DNA of 64,000 bases, taken from Flectonema sp. DT1601. Taxonomy: Eukaryota. Position numbers and translations under genes: made by a program. The notes beneath the pieces are model-generated. The model saw only the letters and a program-made list of their open reading frames with translations, did not search any database and had not been told where the DNA came from. The stretch spans positions 372,001 to 436,000 of the forward strand of contig OZ025784.1 of NCBI GenBank assembly GCA_964019425.1. The letters run 5' to 3'. Positions 21,086 through 31,445 of the stretch are shown in pieces (the first letter of the stretch is position 1; every line of letters begins with the position of its first letter).

Positions 21086-23110
21086 CTAACGTTGCCTTCG
21101 TTTCCTTGAATCTCTCTTTATCGGATCGAAGCATTCTTCGACTTGCTTGAGGAGGTCATCACTGTCTACCTCGAGAGGTGTCTCTCCGTTAATTTTATTA
21201 TTTGCGAGTCGAGTCCCGAATTGAATTGCTCGCTTTTGAAGTGTGGCTGCTGACTTCGCTCCTACAGAAACTGCAGCGTCACGAATAAGACGTTTATCAC
21301 CAACACCCATCATTAATGAAAGGTCACAGATATTAGACAAGTGAAGTGATTGTAACACTTGCAGAACATTTTCATCCAGAAATGGGAAGCGAGCTTCCTT
21401 ACCGTGATCGCTGATTATTCGATCGTCCCTTCCCAAGTTGCGGGTCCAGAGACGATCGAAGTCGGATTGCATTTCCTTCGCCAACATCTTCAATCCTTCT
21501 TCTGATCCTCCGGATTTTGTGAAAACATTTCTGTATCGACTGTACCCTCCATTTGTTTCATCAGCACCCATTCCAACTAGTAACACTGTGGCTCCACTTT
21601 GTACAGTATCAGATTCACTGTTAGCAATCTTACGAACTATTTCATGTTCCTCAAGAGCTTTCCCCGTAAGTGAAACAGCAAGAGTGGTTCCTTTTCCTGT
21701 ACAGCAGACAACACCAGATAGAGAAGCAGCTTGAATGTAGTCAGATATTTTTTTATAACCTGCTGCTCTGTATGGTATTTCGTGAGCGTGCGATAAGTCC
21801 GAGACAGTAACAGAATCTCTACACCACGACAACTCTTGTCGAATAGCATCCACTAAATAACTAAAACCTTTATCATGACGAGGAGGATTCAAGTCAAGAC
21901 TGGATCCAATTGTTCGTATCAAAGAAGGAGGTGGCGTCGTATGTTCGACTGCTGCTTTTGGAACCAGCGAGCCTACTCCTCGTGAGGCAAACCACAGAGC
22001 TGATCCGATGTTGAGATCCATCACGGTGTCTGTTGGGTTCAGTAAGTTTTTAATGTGAGACACATTTTGAATTATGTCAGCAGATTTGATAGAAATTTCA
22101 ATCAAGTTCCATTCCCTATCAGGATATGTTTTACAGAGTTCTGCCCAACCATGTCTGGAAGCAAGGCGATCAGGAGTGGTGCTTGGAGACACTCCAAAAG
22201 CCACGTTGAGTAAATCTATACTTTCTCCCTTTGGTACGTCTCTCTCACATATTCCTGCGAGTATCGCGCAGTCTACTCCCCCGCTGTACAGAATTCCAAT
22301 TCTGCTCTCCGTTTGCTTTGTTTCCGAATTACTGCGTCTCTTTGCGTGACTTGAAAGAACAACTCTCTTCTTTACAGCTTCTTGTAATGATGTGAGATAG
22401 ATTTGATTAGCTTCTGATTGTGGAATTTGTTGATTTTGAAGACATTTAGTAGCCTGAAAAGGTTTTGAGTAAAGAGGATCACTCCATGGCGTAGTGTCAA
22501 TAGTAATGTGAGTCTTGTCTTCAGATGTCTTTGATAATGAGAGTGAGCATATTTTACCAACTGGGACTTCAGCGAATGTATTTTCACAGCTATGAGCAGT
22601 ACTACATAAGAGGAGACTGTTAGAGTTTCGAGAGTATAATAGTGATCGTCTTCCTAAAGGATCTCTTCCAAAGACAACAGAATCCGTCTCCTTGTGAAAG
22701 AATATAAAAGAATAAGGTCCCTGAATATCCTGAAGTGATGTAATGACAGCTTCTACAAGTGACAACTTTACTAAGTTTTGTTGAATGTGTTTGTAAACCA
22801 TTTTAGTATCATTTTCAGTTACATTACTCATAACATCTAAGCCATCGAATACTTCACCATTCCACAATAACATGTCTCCTTTACCGTAAGGTTGTGATGT
22901 TGGTTCTTCATCTCCTCTCATCTGAAGTACAGCTCCTGTCAGTGTCCATTTCCGTTCAATACAAACTTCGTTAAAGTGATCTGGTCCTCTCCTTTTAATA
23001 GAATTCGATATTTCACCCCACTGATCACAATCAGATTGCGGGATGTTTAATTCTTTTGATTCTACTGAGTAACCCTCTCCACATTGTAATAATAAACAAA
23101 TACCACACAT
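21086..23110 (-). CDS. ASNSD1: Asparagine synthetase domain-containing protein 1 homolog
   Basis: MCGI N-terminus, RRGPD, LLWNGEVF, FGRDPLGRRSLL, ILYSGGVDC, GMGADE..GGYSRY, RLWTRNLGRDDR, RFPFLDE, KRAIQFG. Confidence 0.92.
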   Translation of the reverse strand: MCGICLLLQCGEGYSVESKELNIPQSDCDQWGEISNSIKRRGPDHFNEVCIERKWTLTGAVLQMRGDEEPTSQPYGKGDMLLWNGEVFDGLDVMSNVTENDTKMVYKHIQQNLVKLSLVEAVITSLQDIQGPYSFIFFHKETDSVVFGRDPLGRRSLLYSRNSNSLLLCSTAHSCENTFAEVPVGKICSLSLSKTSEDKTHITIDTTPWSDPLYSKPFQATKCLQNQQIPQSEANQIYLTSLQEAVKKRVVLSSHAKRRSNSETKQTESRIGILYSGGVDCAILAGICERDVPKGESIDLLNVAFGVSPSTTPDRLASRHGWAELCKTYPDREWNLIEISIKSADIIQNVSHIKNLLNPTDTVMDLNIGSALWFASRGVGSLVPKAAVEHTTPPPSLIRTIGSSLDLNPPRHDKGFSYLVDAIRQELSWCRDSVTVSDLSHAHEIPYRAAGYKKISDYIQAASLSGVVCCTGKGTTLAVSLTGKALEEHEIVRKIANSESDTVQSGATVLLVGMGADETNGGYSRYRNVFTKSGGSEEGLKMLAKEMQSDFDRLWTRNLGRDDRIISDHGKEARFPFLDENVLQVLQSLHLSNICDLSLMMGVGDKRLIRDAAVSVGAKSAATLQKRAIQFGTRLANNKINGETPLEVDSDDLLKQVEECFDPIKRDSRKRRQR

Positions 23111-23302
23111 ATTTAATATGTGCTGTTTTTTTTTTTGATAAAATACTATAAAAGACTATTGCACAAAAGATGTTATAAAGAGGCCTCTAAAAGAAACTGA
23201 ACTACTAAACTAAAAAGTACGAACTACGAACTTCAATAAATTATATCGAACAGGAAAGGTCAGTTCTCTCCCGTAAATATGGAAAAAAAAGAAAAATGTA
23301 AC

Positions 23303-23980
23303 TTATGTGGTGGTAACCATAACTATGGCAATAGTGTAACACAAAGTTGTACACAACATGCATAGGAATACACAAAACTGACTCATATTACCTCCTGCAA
23401 TTGTAGTACCAGTCCAGGGACAGAAGTGATCGTTGTCTCGTATAGAAACGAGACACTCTTCACACCATTCATAGTCTGAAGGAATGTAAAGTTTAGCTGC
23501 TGGGTTATATTTAACATCTGCAACAGGAAGGTTTGCTGGTCTGTTTGGATACCGAAGACCGATTCCAGGATTTGTAAGTGCGGTCGCCAAGAAGGAAATA
23601 AAAGTACCCAAAGTCAACACTACTTGTATTATTAGAAATGGTAAACTCGCTTTATTCCTGATGAGAGAGAACAAAGCGAATCCGACTCCAAGTATCAATC
23701 CACTAGTGAATATTATCATCGGCCAGCAAGGTCCGGCAACACAAAGAAAGGGAAATTCACCTTCTGCGACTTCAGATTTTCGGAAACAGGCGGTCATCCT
23801 TCCAATTGAGTTCCCAAATGGAGCTTTTCCAATACATTTTGTCATACTTCCGAATCCCCACTCGTAGTCATAGTCACCCGTGCAGTATACGAATTCCTCT
23901 AATTCTTCGGAAGTTTGCTCATCCTGCGAGGCAACCATCACCTCGAGCTCCTCTTCCATAGTTTGCATAGTTGGTTGCAT
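23303..23980 (-). CDS. DHHC-family palmitoyltransferase-like protein (DHFC variant)
   Basis: TM segments, ALTNPGI, WCEECLVSIRDNDHFCPWTGTTIAGGN. First ATG taken at 23980. Confidence 0.85.
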   Translation of the reverse strand: MQPTMQTMEEELEVMVASQDEQTSEELEEFVYCTGDYDYEWGFGSMTKCIGKAPFGNSIGRMTACFRKSEVAEGEFPFLCVAGPCWPMIIFTSGLILGVGFALFSLIRNKASLPFLIIQVVLTLGTFISFLATALTNPGIGLRYPNRPANLPVADVKYNPAAKLYIPSDYEWCEECLVSIRDNDHFCPWTGTTIAGGNMSQFCVFLCMLCTTLCYTIAIVMVTTT

Positions 23981-25247
23981 TAACACTGCGTGAAAAGAAT
24001 TGTACTTTAAGATGACGACCAATAACTCTCCACACAACGTATTGATACGAAAGGATCATTTCTTTCTTTCTTATCAAATTATTTTGACCCTTAAATTTAT
24101 CGCTAATGACAACTCACGGAGGTAACTTGATCACTCTATAAAACATTCAAATTGTAACCAAATTAATACACCGCGAGGGAGAATCACCCTATTGACAAGA
24201 ACAAAACAAAAAAAAAAAAAGGGGAGTGGAGAAACAAAAAAAAAAAAAAAACTGTAATTCAGTAATTGAAGAACTACAATCATTTAATTCAAAATAACAA
24301 AAAAAAAAAAAAAAATGCGAAGTAGAATTAAATAAATAATTCTTCAGAAAAGAAGACTAAGAAGAAGAAAAAAAAAAACAATTCGTAACATCTGATCAGA
24401 ACAACAACAAAAAAGATTGTTTTCTGTATAACCGAATGATGAACAGAACGATGTAATCATCACTGCGCGACATGAGTAGATGATTCTCAACAAAAAATGA
24501 TAAATAGCAAGGCAGAGATTAGGTATTCAGAAACATTAAAATAAATCTTCTTTTCAAACAGTACGATTGTTGGTTAGGAAAGACTGAGTCAAAGTTAATT
24601 CTCGGTCAGAAAACAAATAGTAGACACAGAAATAAACTTTTTGGGGGGAAAGACCGCTAGAATGGAATTGATACTTTTTAATAATACAAACAAAAACAAA
24701 CACACATTATATATTCGCACGAAATCAAAGCACCCGTATGTCGTCGGTATGCAGTAATTCGACACAGAACAGCCATAAGGTGGTCATCTATGGACGCAGT
24801 TTCCGTCAATACTCTTCTCATGCCAAGGACCCCCCTGGCATGAGAGGCGTTAAGTTGATTTCATCGATTGTTAGATAGATAGATAGATAAGGAAGTCCAA
24901 TACATTGCGTACTGTGCATCGCTGATACAGCAAACTAGGGAGCATCGGGTTAACTCCCTAGAGCTACGAGGCAACAGCAACGTAATTAGACCCAATCTTA
25001 TTAGGATTATTTTATTATAGCTTCTGTTACTACAGCAGAGTAATTTTAAAATAAAATTAATAAAAAATTAATAAAATGAACTTTTTACTTGTCCATACGC
25101 GAGGGAGGAGTTTAACTTTCCTTCATCGGAACTTGGAAACACTTTCCCGAAAATATTTGGTTAAAATGACAGCACTTAAATAAATAGTACTTTAACACTT
25201 AACAAGAAGTTAGAAGAAAAAAAAATCGATAAATTCGAACGCAATGA

Positions 25248-25573
25248 AAACCATTTAGATTGCCAGCCTTATATTTCGTTAAACACATCAAAAGGAACAA
25301 CAATTTCTCCGACAATTCTGACTGTCAGCGGCAGCGGCAGCAAATGACTGCAAACAAAAAAACAATTCCACTGAAGGCCACGTTGAGCGCCACTTGCCTA
25401 TGTTGCCGTAACAGTTTTTTATAAAACTCATGAGTACTTAATTAATAATTATATCGTCTTGAAAACTTAACCACAGAAAAACAAACACCAGGAAGGGGAG
25501 CCTTCACGGGGGGTAAATCATGACCATAAGAAGAGGCTTTCAATCTGAATAGTTTCTTCTCCGACTTTGTCGG
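25248..25573. repeat. Structured dispersed element, copy 2 (between kinase and DHHC genes)
   Basis: AAACCATTTAGATTGCCAGCCTTATATTTCGTT ... CACGGGGGGTAAATCATGACCATAAGAA..GGCTTTCAATCTGAATAGTTTCTTCTCCGACTTTGTCGG, matching the ends of 8260-8529. Confidence 0.85.
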
Positions 25574-25761
25574 TATAAAAAAAAATAATAAAAAACAGAA
25601 ATACCACCTGCAGCAACAATTAAAATATAAAAAAAAAAAAAAAAAACACAAAATTGTAATTTTGAACCATCCGGAAATTTCAAAGACAGAAAAGAAAAGA
25701 CCCTGTTAAGGCTTTTTCGGGATAGAAAATAAGGTTCGGTAGTTGCGGGTAATGTTCGAAT

Positions 25762-28700
25762 TTAGGTTAGAGGAATTGAAAAGGGTAAAGATGATGAAGA
25801 GTACTTACTAAGCCATGGATCACTCAGAAGATCAGGTACATTTGGTCGGAGGCTCGCATTGTTGTTAAGAATTGAAATTATAAAAGATTCACAAGTAGAG
25901 TCAATCCCAAGAGGGAGGGTAGGAACACCTGACGATATTTGATACATCGTTTCCCAGGCTGTTTTGAATCTTGGCCATGGAGGACTTCCAGAAATCATTT
26001 CACAGACTGTGCAACCAACAGACCAAATATCAGCCTTGCATCCATACCCTTGTTCTCCACTTAATATAACTTCTGGTGCCATCCAACGAGGGGTTCCAAT
26101 AACTGTTTCAGCGCCAATATTTGCTGTATTATCCCACGTCTTTAGGCAACCGAAATCACTTAACTTACAGACCCCATTGCTTAATAGTATGTTGTCACCT
26201 TTTATATCTCTGTGAATTATTTTATTACTGTGCAAGTATCCAACACCAAGTAGGATTTGTTTGGTGTAAACCTGTACGTCAGGTATGGGAAGGAAACCTC
26301 CCTTTTCATTAATCAACGAGGCGAGTGACCCTTCTGGAAGGTAATCCATTATGATACAAATTTGATCTCCGTCTATGATTAGAGATATGTAGTTTATTAT
26401 ATTTTCGTGATTTAATTGTTTTATGATCTCAAATTCAATTTTATTCTTTTCAACATCTGCCTGAGACGAACATTGTACGACCTTCGCAGCAACCAACACA
26501 TTCGTTCTCAAATCAATCGCCTCGTAGACAACACCAAACGACCCTTGACCAACCTTCTTTCGTAATTTAAAGTTGCTGTCTGGAATTTCCGTTAATTCTA
26601 TTTTTCCGTGTAGCTCATCCATGATTATTTCCTGCAGTGATTCCATAGTCAGAGAAGCCTCACGTGATTTCTTTTTAAAGTGGTAACACAACATTCCAAA
26701 CATCGACAGTATACAACACACCACTCCCGTTCCAATAATTATAGGAAGCCAGAAGAGATCAGAAGGAAGGGAAGTTGGAACATCAGAAGGCTTCTCAGTT
26801 GATGGACCTTCATTAGGTGAAGTACTCGATACGATAATTGGAGTGAGGGTTCCAACAACAACAGTAGGTTGCTGTGTTGGGATCATAGTCGATGAAACTG
26901 GCTGCTTAGTAGGTACAGAAGTAGAAGGCAGCGAAGTTGGCTGCTGCGTAGGTACAGAAGTCGGAGTTTGGGTCTCGATTTCAGATGGTGCTGTAGTCGG
27001 TTCATAAGTAGGCACGCTATCAGGCACAGGACTCGTCAAAAACACATAGGGCAGAGTTGTTCTGTTCTTCTGCTGTTCTGTAAGTTCCGATGAGCAATGT
27101 TCATTACACTTGAGATTGAAATCAATAAAACTACCGACGGGAAGCTTTACTGCGAGAGTTCCTTCCTGATGATTGATTTCAAATTGAACTCTAAATTCAC
27201 TTCCTGTTCTATCAAAACCTCGTATGCTGCCGGAAGTTATATTTAAGATGTCTAGTATAACAATTGTTTCATCAGATTCCCAACCACTTCTCCCATAGTA
27301 AGCAATATGACTAGGGCTTGATGCAAGTCTGAAGTTTAAAGGAGCTGCAAACCTTGGGAGAGGGAAGTACCAAGTCTCTGAATTATAACCAGACAAGAAA
27401 CATATTCTACCATCACAAGAAGGGTTCCAACCTATGATTGCATCACTTCCAGCTTTCCTATATGCTGGTCTGAAATCTGTTAAATTAAATAATTCACCAA
27501 CAGGAACGATACTTATTACGCTATAATAACGGTTGTGTTTGTCGTTGTTATTGTCATGTATCCAAGGACCACTGTCTCCCGAGACTGATAATTTTTCTGG
27601 GCCTAAGATGGCAATTCTTTTTGATTCATGCATTACCTGTACCTCACCATCGTAGTAGATTGGGCTGTTGATATCTATTCCTCGTTGTTGTTTCTTAAAT
27701 AAGAATTTATCTTGAACCTCATAGCCTAAAGGGTCTTTATACATCTGTTTCACGTTGTTAAATATCATTGCTGGGTGGGTAGCTGGAAGAGCAGTTAACC
27801 CAGCTCTCGTGTAGATATAACCGTCAGTTAACGACACAATTTTGTCTGAGAAATTGTACACCCCGGATCCCTGACGTGGATAGAGTAATGGTTCAATGAA
27901 TCTGAAGTTAGAGATGTTCACTTGCATCTCCGAATTGACGAGAATATATCCAAATTTCATCCAAACATTTGATAACTTCGTATGAACACTTGACCATATT
28001 ACAAGACTACCAGTTGTGGTGGTTGCTTTATCTTCGGTATAAAGATTTAAATTAGTTCCCTCAAATTGAAAGTCTGGATCTGAAGAGACTACGTGAGTTC
28101 CAGAAGACATCATTCCACTTTGAAAGACCATCACGTCGGATAAAAGAAAGAACCGCATGTTCCCCGACACGTATAAAGCGTAACTGTTGTTAACATTTGA
28201 GAATATTGAAAGCGACTTAATAAAAACTTCTTTTTGATTAGAAAACGATAATGCTACAACCTTTGAAGCAAAAGTATTACCAATGCCTGAGTGGGCTACA
28301 ATAGTAGTTCCAGTGAACTCAACGTATCCGTTTGAGGCCGATACCAAATGTACTTCTCTAGATTCGACATACGCTCTCACTACAGAGGTCACAATTATTA
28401 TATCGCATGCATTCATAATAAAACCGTTGATTTCAATGTTCTGTAAATGGATTGTACTCCCAAACGATCCACTAATCACAACAGGTTTATCACCATATCT
28501 CTTTGCTGTTGTAATTACGTATTGAATTCCTATTTTTAATACCATACCCACATCAGTCTCTCCCCGAAACATCATAACTTTATTTAATGTATTCATCTCT
28601 GAATTATTATTTGACTTTATGAACAAGTGTATCTCTTTATCGGAATTGAGTACAGCTGTTGGTGGAAAGTCAATACCAACAGAGGCAATACCACCGTGAG

Positions 28701-30168
28701 TGACGGACATCACATTATCTGAACGCTGGTATGATTTTAGTGTTAAAGTTTCTGATGAAGAAAACGCGAATGCGAAATCAAATGAGACACCACTAACAGT
28801 CTGAGCAGATTTAAATATGATAGTTGAAGTTAGTATCACTTTTCCTGTTTCAGTCACAGTTCCTGGAAACTGAGAACCATCAAAAACAAATTTCCAACAT
28901 AATTCTTGTGTGCCGTTATAGCAATTCACTTGTAGACTACTGTCTGATTTTTGAAATAAATAAAAAACATTTTCCTCTATCCTTGGACTTCCTATTTGTA
29001 CATTCCTTGACAACAACACGACAGTAGTACCTGTATCAGCGTCTACGTCCCATTCACTGTGTGTGTAGGTGAGTTTTCCCATCAGCTCGATTCCCCTTCC
29101 TTGGTAAACTTGTCTTATTATGTGTTCTTCACTTCCTTCAGATGAACTTATCAAGACTTTATCACCTGACTTCCAATTGTCATAATACAAAGAATCGAAT
29201 TGCAAAGTTACAAATCTTGATTTTTCTATTGAAGTTGTCTGAGCCTGAACAGATGAAACTTTTTGAGACCCTACAAACGATTCCAAAACACCTCCCCGTT
29301 GTATTGTTATCGAGGGAGTTAATATTGTTATAAAAGTATCGTCTGATATTGGACAAAAGTTACTTCCGATTATTAGAGTACCAAATATGTTAATTGAATC
29401 AAATGAATATACTTCTGAGTAATCCATGAATACGATGATTACATTTCTTTCAATTATTAGGTCACCATAAGAAGTATGATTTTGATTCCACCTTTTCATC
29501 CCGATCGTTATACTATTAGAATCATAATAATCAATAGAATCTGTATCATAGCAATGCTTCATTGGCACTACTGGTTGAGATATATTCGGTGTTTGTAGTG
29601 ATATTCCGAGCGGACTGCAATTCAACAGACTAGGAAGTCCATAAGAATACTTCATTGCAGTATAACTTACATCAAATTCTAAATAAAAAACATCTCCAAA
29701 CAGAGTATTTGAATTGATCATTAAATGGATTGATGTCGGCATCTTCTCTCCTTCTAAAGATGAATAGTCCCAAGTGAATATAAAAAAATCATTATCAGGT
29801 TGTTGGTATAAATTAACCATACGGTACCGACTACGTATTTCTGAAATTGAGTAGGTTTCCACCTCACTAGCTCCGGTTGTAAAGTTGCTACTGACAGACA
29901 TTTGTGCTTCAAGTTGAAGACTTTCTCGTCCAGAGAGACTCGCTGAAGATAACTGCAACTGACCCCTGGCAAAATTAATACCGCCGGGTAGCTGTGCGTA
30001 GTACCATACTTGATCAAGAGGGTTTCTTGGCTCCTTGACTATTAATTTTATAGTGATCGGGTCTCTCTGTGGGACATGCTTACTTACCTTTGTATTGCAC
30101 TGAACTAACTCTATTGATGATCCACTGTCACATATATAAAGAAACAACAACACAGACAACACCCACAT
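25762..30168 (-). CDS. Single-pass receptor-like Ser/Thr kinase (STE11/MAP3K-type) with large G8/fibrocystin-like ectodomain
   Basis: Signal peptide; G8-adjacent motifs (GTLIIG, WKSGDKVLISSS, EEHII, KLTYTH, VVLLSRNVQI); PTxxPT stalk; TM WLPIIIGTGVVCCILSMFGML; kinase motifs GQGSFG, AAK, HRDIKGDN, DFG, GTPRWMAPE, DIWSVGCTVCEM. Confidence 0.93.
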   Translation of the reverse strand: MWVLSVLLFLYICDSGSSIELVQCNTKVSKHVPQRDPITIKLIVKEPRNPLDQVWYYAQLPGGINFARGQLQLSSASLSGRESLQLEAQMSVSSNFTTGASEVETYSISEIRSRYRMVNLYQQPDNDFFIFTWDYSSLEGEKMPTSIHLMINSNTLFGDVFYLEFDVSYTAMKYSYGLPSLLNCSPLGISLQTPNISQPVVPMKHCYDTDSIDYYDSNSITIGMKRWNQNHTSYGDLIIERNVIIVFMDYSEVYSFDSINIFGTLIIGSNFCPISDDTFITILTPSITIQRGGVLESFVGSQKVSSVQAQTTSIEKSRFVTLQFDSLYYDNWKSGDKVLISSSEGSEEHIIRQVYQGRGIELMGKLTYTHSEWDVDADTGTTVVLLSRNVQIGSPRIEENVFYLFQKSDSSLQVNCYNGTQELCWKFVFDGSQFPGTVTETGKVILTSTIIFKSAQTVSGVSFDFAFAFSSSETLTLKSYQRSDNVMSVTHGGIASVGIDFPPTAVLNSDKEIHLFIKSNNNSEMNTLNKVMMFRGETDVGMVLKIGIQYVITTAKRYGDKPVVISGSFGSTIHLQNIEINGFIMNACDIIIVTSVVRAYVESREVHLVSASNGYVEFTGTTIVAHSGIGNTFASKVVALSFSNQKEVFIKSLSIFSNVNNSYALYVSGNMRFFLLSDVMVFQSGMMSSGTHVVSSDPDFQFEGTNLNLYTEDKATTTTGSLVIWSSVHTKLSNVWMKFGYILVNSEMQVNISNFRFIEPLLYPRQGSGVYNFSDKIVSLTDGYIYTRAGLTALPATHPAMIFNNVKQMYKDPLGYEVQDKFLFKKQQRGIDINSPIYYDGEVQVMHESKRIAILGPEKLSVSGDSGPWIHDNNNDKHNRYYSVISIVPVGELFNLTDFRPAYRKAGSDAIIGWNPSCDGRICFLSGYNSETWYFPLPRFAAPLNFRLASSPSHIAYYGRSGWESDETIVILDILNITSGSIRGFDRTGSEFRVQFEINHQEGTLAVKLPVGSFIDFNLKCNEHCSSELTEQQKNRTTLPYVFLTSPVPDSVPTYEPTTAPSEIETQTPTSVPTQQPTSLPSTSVPTKQPVSSTMIPTQQPTVVVGTLTPIIVSSTSPNEGPSTEKPSDVPTSLPSDLFWLPIIIGTGVVCCILSMFGMLCYHFKKKSREASLTMESLQEIIMDELHGKIELTEIPDSNFKLRKKVGQGSFGVVYEAIDLRTNVLVAAKVVQCSSQADVEKNKIEFEIIKQLNHENIINYISLIIDGDQICIIMDYLPEGSLASLINEKGGFLPIPDVQVYTKQILLGVGYLHSNKIIHRDIKGDNILLSNGVCKLSDFGCLKTWDNTANIGAETVIGTPRWMAPEVILSGEQGYGCKADIWSVGCTVCEMISGSPPWPRFKTAWETMYQISSGVPTLPLGIDSTCESFIISILNNNASLRPNVPDLLSDPWLSKYSSSSLPFSIPLT

Positions 30169-31195
30169 GTGGAGGTGCTGAGGTGAAAATTATTATTAAG
30201 ATTATAATGAATTTCCCTTATCAGTAATGCAACGTCCTGTCATGTAATCAAATCGTTGTTATTCCTGTTTAATAAAAAAGGGAAGGTACTAACAATGAAA
30301 AAAACACACAAACACAAAAAAAACAGTATGACTGTAAGAAATATCGACTCTTGTGAAGGGGAGATGTGATGGGGAATTCAGTTCGACCAGAAGTCGACCT
30401 TTTTTAATGAAACAAAATATTTCTTTCGTATTTTTTTTTTTTTTTTTTTTTTTGGTTTTTTTTTCCCTTCCTGGGAGCCTTAAGCAGCCCCCCCCTTTCG
30501 TAGTTCTCGTCTACAAATAAGCTCGGAGCATAAATAGGGCTTGGGAGTTAAATCCATCACGCTACTCATAACGCTGTATTTGATACGGGCTAAGCGCTCT
30601 GCCTATCTTTTCTCAACTGATAGAATTTAGTCGAAGACTATGGTGACGTTACAATCAGTGATTTCCTTCTTCTTTTATTTATATATATATTTTTTTTGAC
30701 CACTTTCTCTCAATACAATACAAGCAGCTTTTCGAATTAAAGAAAAAGATGCTTCGTTTTATTGCTACCAAAGAGTTTCAGAAAAAACAAAAAAGAGGGG
30801 GGAGGGAAATCATTAAATACCAACATCTTATAGTGGTTGATGTAGGGAAAATAACTTTTCTTTATCTGCCTTTTTTTTTTTTTTTTGCTTCCCCCAAAGT
30901 GATGCAGAAATAAGCATCTGCAATCACTTCTCCAAATTGATTTCTCATTTCTCACAGCAGCCAAAAATCTTACCAATTAAGACAGTATAATAATACCTAT
31001 GGTGTGACGGACACGGACCACACGAGTCACCTATTCAAATGTTTTTTTTTTTTTTTTTTTTTTTTTCTAAAAAAATAAAAATAAAAACAAAAACAGACCA
31101 TATCTGTGGTTACAGATTCGACACATTTCTTCTCAACCAGCGAGAGGAAACAATACATTTTACCATATTTTCTTTTTTTACCAGATGATCACAAC

Positions 31196-31445
31196 TGGAG
31201 TTTCGATTCGCGGGAAAAACGCCATTTTAAGAAACTAGAATTAAGGGCAACAATAACCCGTGTCAATGCTCGCCGACAAAAAAAAATGTGATGTGAGGCA
31301 GAGGCATCTTTTCGGGTGGAAATATACTCAATTCGCGTGGAAAACGCTTCTAAAGAATTGAAAAAATAAAAACACACAATTGAAGTTACAATTTGTGGCT
31401 TAAATGGACTTCGATTCGCGTGGAAAACGCCTTTAAAGAATCAAA
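31196..31445. repeat. Three diverged direct copies of an ATTCGCG(T/G)G(G/A)AAAACGC motif
   Basis: Copies at ~31202-31223, 31331-31347 and 31410-31431, each followed by a T(T/A)AAGAA-like tail. Confidence 0.75.

Noticed and set aside
24396..24462. Minus-strand GTGATGA...CTGA, possible box C/D snoRNA
   Set aside because: No terminal stem and no recognisable rRNA-complementary guide; such motifs are expected by chance.
31196..31445. Spaced direct repeats as a CRISPR array
   Set aside because: Degenerate repeats, irregular long spacers, no cas genes and a eukaryotic context.
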